Assembly: GCA_963739105.1 (NCBI GenBank)
Contig: CAVTZI010000045.1
Location: 31,638-95,637 of the forward strand
Length of the DNA stretch: 64,000 nt
DNA from: an uncultured Bacteroidota bacterium
GTDB taxonomy: Bacteria; Bacteroidota; Bacteroidia; Cytophagales; Cyclobacteriaceae
Direction: 5' to 3'
In this document: positions 9,855 to 22,088 of the stretch, in pieces
Layout of the letters: each line of letters opens with the position of its first letter
How positions within the stretch are numbered: position 1 is the first letter of the stretch
The notes under the pieces: generated by a model
The model's database searches: none
Seen by the model: only the letters and a program-made list of their open reading frames with translations
What the model was told of the DNA's origin: nothing
Translations under genes and position numbers: made by a program

Positions 9855-12364
9855 TCAATTCGACTGAAGTGAACTGAACCGGATGGAATGCATCAATTTT
9901 TCCACTTCGTCCCTGGCTTCAATGATTTCATCTACTAATGTTGAAATGGCTGACCCTTCAACAATTTCATTTTCAATGTCATGAAGTTTCGCCGACAATC
10001 TGAAGGCTCCCATTTGCCCGATTCGACCGGCAAGTTTATGTACAATTTCCCGAAGCACTTGAGCTTCTGGATTCTTCAAGCCTTCGTGCAGGCGTTGCAG
10101 ATCAGTTTCTGTTTCTTCCTGGAATTGTAAAAGAATAGATTGAAACAACGATTCATCTCCCATGGTAACTTTCCTTAACATGGAAAAATCGAGGTCTGCG
10201 TAATTTGTATCGTCTGAAACTTTTTGCTCTTGGATTTTTAAGCCTAAAACGCTGAAGCAATTCTTCTTCACGAAAGGGTTTCGATAAAATGGTATTAAAT
10301 CCTTCGTCTATCAACTGTTGTTTTTCTTGCGAAAAAACATGGGCCGTCAGCGCGACAAAAACTGTTTCGTTGCTGTATTTTTTCCGAAGAGCGTGACAAA
10401 GTTCTATACCATTGATCTTGGGCATGCGAATATCCATAAAGATGTAGTTCACCTCCGGATCAGGATCCTGATGTATCAGCTTACCCGCGTCATTATAGGT
10501 AATGAAATCAATTTTGTTCTTTTTGAGAATGAGACTGCACAACTTTAGAATCATAGCATCATCGTCCACGACAATGACTTTTCCGGAAAATGAAGCGGTG
10601 CCCAGCTGGGGAAGGGCTTTTGGTTGAATGGATTTTTCAAGGAGTTTTTCAAATCTGATATCAACCTGAAACATTGAGCCTTGTCCGGGTTGGCTGGTAA
10701 CATTCAACGTTCCGCCCTGTGCTTCCACCAGCGATTTGACGATGGTGAGACCCAAGCCAGTGCCACCAAAATTTCGAGCGATGAAAGAACTGGCTTGCTC
10801 AAATTGATTGAAAATCTTTTTCAGGTCTTCCTCGCGTATACCGATACCGGTATCCATTATTTCGAAGGTACACCGTACATCCGTTTCATCTTCCTTTGTT
10901 TTCAGCGTTATTTTTACATAACCCTTCGCAGTAAATTTGATGGCATTGCCGATTAAATTGTATAAAATCTGACGCAATCTGAATGCATCTCCTACCAAAT
11001 TAAAATCTGAAGCCTTCTCAAGATCGAGCAACAGCGTCAGGCGTTTGCGTTCTGCTTGAATGCGCATCGCCGACTCCACTTCTCTCAAGACTGAGAATAA
11101 CGTAAAGGGTTCCTTCACAAGCGACAAACTTCCAGAGGAGATCCGGCTGTAGTCCAATACCTCATTTACAATATGAAGTAAATGTTCGGAGGAACTGTTG
11201 ATGGCGCCCACTGCTTCCAGGTGCGGGCCGTGATAGTTTTTGAGCTGCTCTGAAAAACCAATGATCGACTGAAGGGGTGTCCTTATTTCGTGGCTCATGT
11301 TGGCCAGGAAACGTTGCTTGATCTTGCTCAATTCTTCGGCTTCTTCTTTCGCTTTCTCTAATTGTTCTTTATAGTAGTTGCTTCGTGTGATGTCGACCCA
11401 AATGAGATAGACCAGCAAAGCAGCGCCTAGAAAAAAGACCAGGAGCAAAATACTGATCCTGCGAAATGTTTTGCGTAACAACTTCTACCGCCCGATTATT
11501 ATTTTGATGCATTTTGGACAACTCTTCATTTTCCACTTCATGTAGAATGCCCAGAAGCTGCGTAACGAAAAGACTATTGGAATTGATAAGGGCTAACTCC
11601 TGATCCATCAATTTTTTACTTTCTGCGCGCTGCTCCTTGTCAAGCGCCGTCATAATTTTTCCCACTTCTTCTAATGCTTTGTTTTGTCGCGCAACGGATA
11701 AAGTATCGATCGTAACACTGGTTTCTTCTTGTACGTGGAACTGCGTAGTGTCTGGCGCTTTTTTCTTTTTGCTAAAGAGCTTGGCCAATCTGGACCGTTC
11801 ATCTTTCTGTTCGATCACGGAATCCTTTTTGTAAGTTGTACAACTTTCTTTTCTGTAGTCACAACATTCGTGTCCGCTTTAACTTTTTCACTTTCGAATG
11901 ATTGTTGACAGGGTGTCCAGCCGATAAGACATCCTGGTATTGTTAATCAGATCTGATTTCAGTTTGAGATAGGAGATGAAAAGTTTGTTGCGCTTGTTTA
12001 GAATATTCTTCATCGAAAGGAGCCTATTCTGTTGCGCACTGTCCCAGGGCATCAGGCGAAGCGAATCGATCTTATCAACCATCGACTTTGCTTGAATAAG
12101 AAATGCTTCGTAAGGCTTTTGAGGATTCTTGATCGCGTCGGCGCGTTGTAATTGATCCAGTCGTGTAATTTCCTGGAATATCCTATTTAAAGCTTTTAGC
12201 TTTTCATTGGGTGCCGACAATTGATCCACAGTAGACATCATCTCCCGGAAGCCAAAACGGGTAATCCCCAACGCCAATAGAATAGCGACAAAGACCAGCA
12301 GGAACCCCGCCAGAACCTTTCTTGTCACTGAATTCGGATGTCGTTTTTCTTTGGAATACGGCAT
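9855..12364 (-). CDS. Hybrid sensor histidine kinase (HisKA, HATPase, REC, HPt), split by indels
   Basis: FLANMSHEIRTPL, NLIGNAIKFT, GGTGLGL, FMDIRMP, HKLAG; four consecutive ORFs. Confidence 0.9.
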
Positions 12365-12476
12365 GGCTTTATACCGCGATAATTCGCAACAAGTTAGCAG
12401 ATATTATACCAACGAATAAACCCTTAAAAACTATTTAAGTTTCGAATCCTTTATAAACTACAATTGTATCGACAGG

Positions 12477-13938
12477 TCAGCCATAGACCCATTTCACCAG
12501 GGTAAGGGAAGCTAGAAAACAAATTATTATGGATACAAGATCCAGCAAGATTCCGGCTTTGACCATGTCTTTCATGCGAATATAGCCACTGGAGAAAACA
12601 ATAGCATTTGGAGGCGTGGCGATAGGAAACATAAAGCCAATGCTTGCCGCCAAGGTCACAGGCATGGCCAGAAGGATAGGGTTGACATTCATTCCATCCG
12701 CGATTCCGAAAATTACCGGAACAAAGATTTGAACCAGCGCCACATTACTCATGAACTCGGAAAGGAGCACAGTAGCGACGATGAGGGCTAAAATCAGCCA
12801 TATATTGAAAGAACTTTGTCCAGCGATCCAGCGTGCCAACGGTTTGGATGATTCCCGTACTTTCCAAGCCTTCTGCCAGACAAAGGCCGCCGCCAAACAA
12901 GAAAAGAATTCCCCATTGCAGATGATCGGTATCCTTCCATGTTAACAAGAATTGCATCTTGCGAATACTAACAGGAACAACAAACATCAACAGCCCGCCG
13001 GTCATCGCGATGTTCGTGTCGTTCAGTAAATCCTGCTTGAAAATGTAGGTATTCCAGGCTTGTTGAAAGATCCAAAAGAAGGAAGTCAAGCCAAAAATGG
13101 TCATGACGAGTTTTTCTTCTTTTGAAATTTTTCCCATCTCGCCAAGTTTCGTTTTGATCAAATTATCCGTCCCTTCAACTTTTGAAAGATTATTTGGAAA
13201 AAGTATGCGGGTGATTATCAAGTGGGTGCTGAGCAGCAACAGTGCAGCTACCGGTACGCCTACTAGCATCCATTTTCCGAAATCAAGTTTTTGATGATAG
13301 AATTCATCCAAAAGCCCTGCGAAAACAACATTAGGAGGCGTCCCGATGATAGTCGCCAATCCACCTAATGTAGCAGCATATCCAACCATGAGTAAAAGTC
13401 CCATGGCGAAATTTCGTTCTTGTTTCGGAAGTTCATGAGGCATAGCGCCCTCGTTACTTTTCAGTAAATTAATTACCGAGAGCGCAATGGGGAGCATCAT
13501 CATAGCGGTTGCTGTATTGCTGATCCACATGCTGATGAATCCCGTAGCGATCATGAATCCCAGAATAATCCCATTTCCGGAGGTTCCGGTTATTCGAATG
13601 AGGTTCAATGCGATGCGCTCATGAAGGCGATGTTTTTCCAAAGCAAGGGCAATCATAAAGCCGCCTAAAAAAAGGAAAATAATAGGATTGGCATAAGGTG
13701 CGGCCGCCTCCCGCATTTTCAAGACACCCAGCAATGGAAACAACACGAGTGGTATAAACGAAGTCACAGGAATCGGCACGGCTTCCGCGACCCACCAGGT
13801 AACCATCCAGGCCGCCACCGCCAGAACCTTGTTGGCGCCCGCAGAAATGAAAGTATCGGGTAGCGCTACCCAAAGGATGACAAATAACAAGGGCCCTAGA
13901 AAAAATCCGATTTGTTGCCCTGAACGTAATAAATTCAC
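12477..13938 (-). CDS. DASS/SLC13 sodium:sulfate/dicarboxylate symporter (one indel)
   Basis: SMWISNTATAMMMLPI, GTPPN, FMFPIATPPNAIVF. Confidence 0.92.
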
Positions 13939-14147
13939 GTATGCCTGTTGAGTTTGTTCAAAACTAGGTTTTTTGATATCCTGTTCAAATTATTTTTTGG
14001 GCATTTCAATGCGTCTTTTCGCACCCACTCGGTAACAAATTCAGCATGGAATACGACTCCTGGTTGCAACCAGCGTATAATCATTAAAGAATTTTTAAAA
14101 TAAAACTTTCGTTTAGATCGACTACGTAGCCAAAGTGAAGGAAAGCG

Positions 14148-14703
14148 ATGGACCTTGCCATGCAGATAAAAGAACAAACTTTTCTAAAGGAGAAGGATCG
14201 GTTATTAGGATTTATTCGTAACCGGGTTTCGACGCTGGAGGAGGCTGAGGATATTCTTCAGGACGTATTCTATCAGTTTGTTGCTGGTTATGAGACCATT
14301 GAGTCCCTCGATCGTGTAACCTCATGGTTATTTTCGGTAGCCAGGAACAAAATTATTGACCGTTATCGAAGAGACTCCACGCGGCCCAAGAGGTCTGATC
14401 TGGAGCTTCTTTCAGGTTCTGACGATGGAGCGCCGTTGACCCTTCAGGAAATTCTTACCGGACTTTGGAAATACCCCTGAAGATGTTTTTCTGCGGGAGG
14501 CGATCTGGGAAGCCATCATGGATGCGCTGGATGAGCTGCCCGAGGAACAGCGGGAAATATTTATCCTAAATGAGATCGAAGAACGAAGTTTTCGGGAGAT
14601 CGCGGAACAGACAAACGTATCAATCAATACACTCTTGTCGCGTAAGCGATATGCTATTCTTTCACTGCGCAAGAAATTACAACGACTTTATGACAACATG
14701 TAA
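14148..14703 (+). CDS. ECF sigma factor (one indel)
   Basis: EAEDILQDVF, WLFSVARNKIIDRYR, SFREIAEQTNVSINTLLSRKRYA. Confidence 0.9.
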
Positions 14704-14715
14704 AATTAACGGGCT

Positions 14716-15054
14716 ATGAAACGGGGTGCGATATTTTTGAAATGTGTAGTAGCGGTCTTGGTGGCAATATTCTTTTTTGCCTGGATCACTTATCTGCTTT
14801 GGAATTGGCTGGTACCTGTTCTGTTTAATGGTCCTGTCATATCTTATTGGCAAGCGCTTGGTTTATTGGTGCTTACAAAAATTTTGTTTTTTGGAATTGG
14901 TGGAAGACACCATGGCTATGGCGGCCCAGGCGTACATCAACGTTACTGGAAACAGCGCTTTTATGAAAAAATGTCTTCGTTAAGTCCTGAGGAACGTGAA
15001 GCATTTAAGAAAAAGATGCGTGAAAAATGGTGCTCGCCGTCCGACAAGGACTAA
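14716..15054 (+). CDS. Membrane hypothetical protein downstream of ECF sigma
   Basis: LWNWLVPVLF..ISYWQALGLLVL, SPEEREAFK; conserved-looking Bacteroidota sigma partner. Confidence 0.8.
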   Translation: MKRGAIFLKCVVAVLVAIFFFAWITYLLWNWLVPVLFNGPVISYWQALGLLVLTKILFFGIGGRHHGYGGPGVHQRYWKQRFYEKMSSLSPEEREAFKKKMREKWCSPSDKD

Positions 15055-15222
15055 CTAAAAAAATATTCTTTTTGACACTGTCCATTTTGAAGCAGGCTCG
15101 TGTGTCATTACAATAGTTAATGGGTTAACAGCGGTTCAAACGATTGTGGTATGCATTCACAAAAACTTCACACAAAATTTTAACAGAAAACGCAAACCTG
15201 TGCGTCATTGATTCGTTCAAGG

Positions 15223-15266
15223 AAACTATGGAAACTTTTGTAATATTAAAAGTTTCCTTAGTTTTG
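15223..15266 (+). promoter_or_regulatory. Putative TetR operator overlapping the -7 element
   Basis: Inverted repeat aaactatggaaactttt...aaaagtttccttagttt (1 mismatch); TAGTTTTG at 15259-15266. Confidence 0.65.
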
Positions 15267-15274
15267 AGCCCCTT

Positions 15275-15910
15275 ATGGAACAGCTAGAATTAGATATTAA
15301 AAAGAAGATTTTAAAGGCTGCAGAAAATCTTTTTATGAAATATGGCGTACGCAGCATCTCCATGGATGACATATCGCGTCATTTATCGGTATCGAAAAAG
15401 ACGCTTTATCAACATTTCGCGGACAAAGAAGACATCGTATCGATGGCTTGTCAATCACACATCGAAGCGATGGCAACGCAATTTTTGGAGATCACGAGGA
15501 ACTCCAAAAATGCGATTGATGAGTTGGCAAAGATTTCCAGGTGTTTAAAGCAGAATACGGAGGATACGAATCCGTCTTTGTTATTCGATTTGCAGAAATA
15601 TCATCCCAAAGCCTGGAGTGTTTGGCTGAATCACAAACACAAATTCATTCGGGAATCGGTGATACGCAATTTGAAGCAAGGAATAGAAGAAGGTCACTAT
15701 CGACCGGAATTAAATGTTGAAATCATTGCCGCTATGCGGCTTGAGCTAGTACAGTTGCCTTTTGATGATAATGTGTTTCCAACGTCACGATTTAAGATCG
15801 CGGAAGTGCAAATGCAAATTTTCGATCACTTTGTGCACGGAATCGTTACAGATAAAGGAAGAAAATTATATCAGAAGTATAAAGAAACTACAAACGGACT
15901 TAATCATTAA
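15275..15910 (+). CDS. TetR/AcrR family regulator
   Basis: N-terminal HTH ISMDDISRHLSVSKKTLYQHFADKE. Confidence 0.93.
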   Translation: MEQLELDIKKKILKAAENLFMKYGVRSISMDDISRHLSVSKKTLYQHFADKEDIVSMACQSHIEAMATQFLEITRNSKNAIDELAKISRCLKQNTEDTNPSLLFDLQKYHPKAWSVWLNHKHKFIRESVIRNLKQGIEEGHYRPELNVEIIAAMRLELVQLPFDDNVFPTSRFKIAEVQMQIFDHFVHGIVTDKGRKLYQKYKETTNGLNH

Positions 15911-15927
15911 TCTCTCTCTCTACTACT

Positions 15928-17397
15928 ATGAAACGACTAACCTATACCATTCTTATTTTAATTATAGCACCTGCTTGGGTGAATGCTCAATCCGGATCAT
16001 CGACGATTTTTTCCCTGGACCAATGTATAACGCATGCGTTGGAAAATACTGTGGGAATTAAAAACGCTCGTGTGGACGAACAAATTGCCAAGGCAAGGGT
16101 GAAGGAATTGGTGGGCCTTGGACTGCCTCAAGTCGATGCGTCGGTTGGCATAACGCACAATCAAAAGCTCCCGCGCTTTTTTGCTACCTATGGTACAGCG
16201 CAAGGTTTTTCGGGCGTGGATGAAGATGGTAATCCAAACTTGGATATTCCCGGCTTGACTGGCAGTGATATTGTGGCCTCTCAAAATTTCTTTCAATTGA
16301 AAAGCGGTGGTAATGCCGCCTTAACGATCGATCAACTTTTGTTTAGCAGTACTTATTTGGTTGGGTTAAAGGCTGCTGGTACCTATAAAGATCTTGCCGC
16401 CAAAACAACTGAACAAACTGAAATTGAGATTATTGAAAAGGTGATGAAGGCATATTATAGCGTACTGGTGAATAACGAAAGGATCACTCTTTTTGATAAC
16501 AATATTGCCCGGGTGGATTCTCTTTTACGCACAACGCGTGCCCTAAATCAAAATGGATTTGCGGAGGCAATAGATGTAGACAGGATCCAGGTAACATTGA
16601 ATAACCTTAAATCGGAGCGGTTAAAGTTTGTCAATCTTCAAAACTTGAGTATGGTGCTCTTAAAGTATCAGATGAACTTTCCGATGGAACAACCGCTGTC
16701 TGTTTCAGGAGATCTCAGCGAATTGAAAGTGAACGAAAGACTATTTGACGAGTATCAGGAAGGCTGGGACTACAAGAACAGAATCGAATATAAGATCCTG
16801 GACACGCGACGCCAGTTGTTGGAATTGGACGTTAAGAATCAGACTTCTCATTCTTTACCAAGCCTACGCGCTTTTGCAAATTTGGGTTACTCCACGCAAT
16901 CACCAGATATAGGCGGCATTTTTAAAACCAATACAAACATCAGCGACAATGGAGTGATTGGTCCTGATAAATGGTATAGCTATTCGACCTTCGGGGTGAC
17001 ATTAAGTGTGCCCATTTTTAGCGGACTGCAACGCACCTATCAGATACAGCAAGCTAAACTTGCGTTGATAAAAACTCAAAATAGCTTTACATCGCTGAAA
17101 CAGGGCATTGACTTAAGCATTCAGCAAAATACCGTGACGTTTAAGAATGCTGTTGAAACACTCAAATCACAGGATGAGAATATGGACTTAGCAGAAAAGG
17201 TAGCACGTGTTACAAAAATTAAATACGAGCAAGGCGTTGGCTCTAATATTGAAGTCATCGACGCTGAGAGCAGTTTGCGCGAATCACAAGTGAACTATTA
17301 CAATGCGTTGTTTGATGCGATTGTTTCCAAGATTGATCTTGACATAGCGTTTGCCAAAATCGATCCTTCAAAATATATAACATCCAATACTAAATAA
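15928..17397 (+). CDS. TolC family outer membrane efflux protein
   Basis: Signal peptide, OEP repeats, KYEQGVGSNIEVIDAE; operon context. Confidence 0.92.
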   Translation: MKRLTYTILILIIAPAWVNAQSGSSTIFSLDQCITHALENTVGIKNARVDEQIAKARVKELVGLGLPQVDASVGITHNQKLPRFFATYGTAQGFSGVDEDGNPNLDIPGLTGSDIVASQNFFQLKSGGNAALTIDQLLFSSTYLVGLKAAGTYKDLAAKTTEQTEIEIIEKVMKAYYSVLVNNERITLFDNNIARVDSLLRTTRALNQNGFAEAIDVDRIQVTLNNLKSERLKFVNLQNLSMVLLKYQMNFPMEQPLSVSGDLSELKVNERLFDEYQEGWDYKNRIEYKILDTRRQLLELDVKNQTSHSLPSLRAFANLGYSTQSPDIGGIFKTNTNISDNGVIGPDKWYSYSTFGVTLSVPIFSGLQRTYQIQQAKLALIKTQNSFTSLKQGIDLSIQQNTVTFKNAVETLKSQDENMDLAEKVARVTKIKYEQGVGSNIEVIDAESSLRESQVNYYNALFDAIVSKIDLDIAFAKIDPSKYITSNTK

Positions 17398-17406
17398 GTA
17401 CTTCCC

Positions 17407-18554
17407 ATGAAAAATATACCCTATATGAATTCTACTTTTTACACCCGTTTATCCGTTGTGGCGGTTGTCGCGTTGCTGGCTGCCTGCAGCGCAGCAACAC
17501 CTGATGACAAGAAGGCGCAACTTGAAAAATTAAAAGCGCAGCAGGCTGAGATTGCAAAACAAGTAGTGCAGTTAGAAAAAGAAATAGCCAAAGAAAATCC
17601 GACCGAAGCTAAGATTAAAACTAAGGACGTTGCTGTGACCGAAGTTAAAGCGACGAAGTTTGACCATTATGTGCAAACACAAGGCCACGTTGAAGCGGAA
17701 GATAATATTTCGGTTAGTGCTAAATCGCCGGGTGTTGTGATGGCTGTTTATGTAAAGGAAGGTCAACAGGTTTCAAAAGGCCAAGCATTGGCACAAATTG
17801 ACAATGCTGTGATTTTAAGAAGTATTGAATCAATGAAATCGCAATTAGAGCTTGCAACATCAGTATATGATCGTCAAAAAAATCTTTGGGATCAGAAAAT
17901 TGGAACTGAAGTTCAATACTTGCAGGCAAAAACCAACAAAGAAACGCTTGAACGGCATATTGAATCTTTGCAGGAGCAAAATCGAAATGCTTCGCATCAA
18001 GTCGCCCATTAATGGTACGGTAGATGAGGTCACCGCAAAAATAGGTGAGGCTGTATCTCCTGGCCTACCCGCTTTCCGCGTCGTAAATACAAGCTGAGTT
18101 GAAACTTACCGCAAATGTTTCTGAAGCGTTTGTGACCAACGTGCAGAAGGGCAATAAAGTAATTGTAACAATCCCAGAGCTAAAGAAAGACCTGGAATCG
18201 AAAGTCACGTTTGTCGGTAGGACAATTGATCCGTTGTCCCGTACGTTCACAGTGGAGGTAGCGTTGCCTTCCGAGGCAAACCTTCGCCCCAACATGAGTG
18301 GCGTGATAAGGGTTGTCTTTCACACCGAACCTGCGGCGATCGCGGTGCCGATAAATGTTGTTCAGGATATCAATGGTGAGAAAATAGTGTTCGTAGCTGA
18401 ATCAAATGGAAAGAATACTGTTGCCCGTAAAAAGGTAGTTAGCGTGGAAGGCGTTTATGGCGGTCAGGCTCAGGTCAGTGGACTTAACGCTGGTGACAAA
18501 GTCGTCACTTTTGGATACCAGGGACTTAATGATGGTGAATTTTTGAAAATATAG
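17407..18554 (+). CDS. RND efflux periplasmic adaptor lipoprotein (indels)
   Basis: LLAAC lipobox, VKEGQQVSKGQ, IKSPINGTV, IDPLSRTF, LRPNM. Confidence 0.9.
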
Positions 18555-18613
18555 CAGTACAAGGGATGGGATCTATTGGTCCCATCATCCTGTTATCCTA
18601 ACACTCTACAATT

Positions 18614-21600
18614 ATGCAAGACACCGAAAGAGAATTTAAGCCCACCAGTTGGGCGATCGATAATAAGGTAAGTATATACGTGGCTATTGTGCTCATTTGT
18701 TTAGCCGGTATATGGACCTATAACAAACTGCCAAAAGAAAGCTTTCCCGAAGTTGTATTTCCTCAAATATATGTGCTCACGATTTATCAGGGAGCGCCTC
18801 CCGAGGATGTAGAAAATCTCATCACGAAGGAAATTGAAAAAGAAGTAAAGGCGATCAATGGTATTAAAAAAATTACCAGTAATTCTGTTCAAAACACTTC
18901 CAGTGTTATTATCGAATTTGATACAGATATTGATGTAACGGAAGCTAAACGTGATGTACAGGATGCTGTGAATCGCGCCGTTCCGGAATTGCCAGAAGAT
19001 TTGGTGAAAAATCCTGAAGTATACGAAATCGACATCTCGGAACTTCCCATTATGAATATTAACCTGGCCGGGGACTACGATCTTCAAACGTTAAAACGAT
19101 ATGCTGAACAAATGCAGGATCGTATTGAGACGCTGGAAGAGATCCGGAGAGTAGATATAGTCGGGGCGTTGGATCGGGAAATACAAATCAACGTGGATTT
19201 GTACAAAGCGGCATTGGCCGGCGTGAGTCTGAATGATGTATTCGGAGCTATTGCAAGTGAAAATGTTATTGTGCCCGGTGGGCAGCTTGCGGTGGGTGGT
19301 GTAAAGCGTTCACTTAGCGTTAGTGGTGAATACACCAACGCGGAAGAAATTGCGAATACCGTTGTGGGTTCCATCCGGGGCGCGAAAGTTTACTTGAAAG
19401 ATGTTGCGGAAGTCATTGACACGCACAAAGAGCAGGAAAGTTTTGCGCGGCTCGACAATAAAAACGTCGTGACACTTAACGTCATCAAACGCAGTGGGAA
19501 AAATCTCATTCTCGCATCAGATGCCATCAACACAATTGTTAAGGAATATGAGGAGTCAATATTGCCTCCAGGTTTGGACATAACAATTACGGCTGATCAA
19601 TCCGATAATACGCGCGTAACACTTCATGACCTTATCAACACAATCATTATAGGCTTTATTTTAGTGACGATAATACTCATGTTTTTCATGGGTGCCACAA
19701 ACGCAATATTTGTCGGTCTTTCAGTGCCGTTGTCAAGCTTCATAGCGTTTCTATGGTTCCCTGTAATTGGTTTTACACTGAACATGATGACATTGTTCTC
19801 ATTTTTGCTTGCGCTTGGAATCGTAGTTGATGATGCTATTGTGGTTATTGAAAACACGCACCGTGTTTTTGACAATGGAAAAGTGCCGATACGGAAAGCT
19901 GCTAAGATTGCTGCAGGTGAAATATTTATTCCTGTATTTTCCGGTACATTGGTGGTACTGGCACCATTCGTTCCCTTAGCATTTTGGCCAGGTGTGATTG
20001 GCAAATTCATGATGTTCTTGCCGATTACCTTGATCATCGCCCTGTTGGCGTCACTGGTGGTAGCTTACATTATCAATCCGGTGTTTGCAGCAGATTTTAT
20101 GAAACCGCATGAGCACGAGCATAACAAAAAACCACGGTTACAAAAGGATTTAAAATCACGGCTATTGTCTTTGGCTCGATAGCGCTGTTGTCCTATCTGA
20201 TTGGCGTAAAAGGGTTCGGTAATTTTATTGTCTTCCTATTTGTGATTTATGCGCTACATCATTTCTTTATTGCTGGCGTTATCACTCGATTCCAGACCAA
20301 TGTTTGGCCGCGCGTACAGGCTCGTTACAAGAACCTGGTAGCGTGGTGCGTACAACGGTATCGTCCTATATGGATCGCTGTCAGTATGATATTCCTCTTT
20401 ATTTTTTCGATCGTATTTACAGGAATCCGAAAACCTCCTGTCGTATTTTTCCCGCAGGGCGACCCTAACTTCATCTTTGCATACATCCGGATGCCGATCG
20501 GAACGGATCAGCGAATTACTGACTCGGTTACAAATGTTGTGGAGGAAAGAGTGACCAAAGTGGTGGGAAAAGATAACCCTATGGTTGAATCGATTATTTC
20601 CAACGTGGCGATCGGTGCAAGCGAAGACCCGATGGAAGGAGGGGGAACAATTGGCAGTCCACACCTTGGTAAAGTCTCCGTGGCGTTCGTGAAGTTTTCA
20701 CAACGTGATGGACAGAGCACAAGAGTATATATGGATAAAATCCGTGACGCTGTAAAAGGAATAAAAGGTGCTGAAGTTTCTGTTAACCAGGAACAAGGTG
20801 GCCCTCCGACGGGAAAGCCCATTAACATTGAAATCAGCGGAGATAATTTTCAATTGTTAGCGAGCACGTCAGGACGTTTGAAACGATACCTGGATTCTTT
20901 GCAGATCCCAGGCATAGAAGAATTAAAATCGGATTTTCAAAGCGATAAGCCCGAAATCAATATTAAGATAGACCGCGAAAAAGCGAATCGAGAGGGTATT
21001 TCCACCCAATCCATTGGAAGAGTGCTCGGTACAGCAGTCTATGGCGCGGAAGTGTCTAGATTTCGTGATGAAAATGATGATTATCCGATCCAGTTGCGGA
21101 TTCGTCAAGATCAGCGAAATGATGTAAACACTTTAATGAACCTGCCGATTACCTTCCAGGATATGAGCAAAAATGGCCAGGTGAGACAAGTACCGCTGTC
21201 CGCGATTGCTACTGCAGAATATTCGAGCAGCTACGCTGGTATCAGACGGATCGATCAAAAAAGAACTGTCACACTATCCTCTAATGTGCTGGGCGGTTTT
21301 AATGAAAATGAGGTCAACGCAAACATCCGTGCAAACATGGAATCCTTCAGCATCCCTGACGGTGTTACGGTTGATATGACCGGTGCTCAGGAAGAACAAG
21401 CAGAAACATTTTCATTCTTACTTCTTGCTGCTGCGTTAGCGGTTGGATTGATCTTTATGATACTCGTGCTTCAGTTTAACTCCGTTGGCAAGCCGCTTAT
21501 CATAGGCGCCGAAATAATATTTAGTATCATCGGTGTTCTGATAGGGTTTTCACTCTTTAGAATGGAGATATCAATCGTAATGACGGGTGTAGGTGTGATG

Positions 21601-22019
21601 GCATTGGCTGGCCTCGTTGTGCGGAATGGAATCTTGCTCGTCGAATTCACCGAACTGCTGGTAAAGCAGGGCGTGACCTTTGCGGGAAGCCATTGCAGAA
21701 GCTGCAAAAACACGTATGACTCCCGTTATGTTGACTACCATTGCGGCCACCATTGGTCTGATCCCATTGGCGGTAGGATTGAATATAGATTTCGTGACGT
21801 TGTTCACCGAATTTAATCCCCACATTTTCTTCGGCGGTGATAACGTTGCATTCTGGGGTCCTCTTGTCCTGGACAATGATTTTCGGCTTGTTGTTTGGAA
21901 CTGTACTGACGCTGATCCTTGTACCAGTGATGTACTTGCTCGTATTCAAACTGAAGGAGCGAATCTTTAAACGCAGGCCTGAAGTTGTTGTTGGAGAAGG
22001 TAAGATCGCAACAGCTTAA
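18614..22019 (+). CDS. RND efflux permease AcrB/AcrD/AcrF family (indels)
   Basis: LALGIVVDDAIVVIEN, GLVVRNGILLVEF, RMTPVMLTT. Confidence 0.93.
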
Positions 22020-22049
22020 CGCTATCTGCAAATTGTAACAATAAAATCT

Positions 22050-22087
22050 AAGAAAAGTCGTCTTACCAAGAAGACGACTTTTCTTTT
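22050..22087 (+). terminator. Terminator after the efflux operon
   Basis: aagaaaagtcgtctt-accaag-aagacgacttttctt followed by Ts. Confidence 0.7.
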
Positions 22088-22088
22088 T

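Noticed and set aside
13935-14177. 80-aa minus-strand ORF and the many short antisense ORFs in the track
   Set aside because: They overlap promoters or well-supported genes and show no recognisable motifs.
18095-18097. In-frame TGA in the RND adaptor as recoding (selenocysteine/readthrough)
   Set aside because: The downstream part is in a different frame, so it is an indel, not readthrough.
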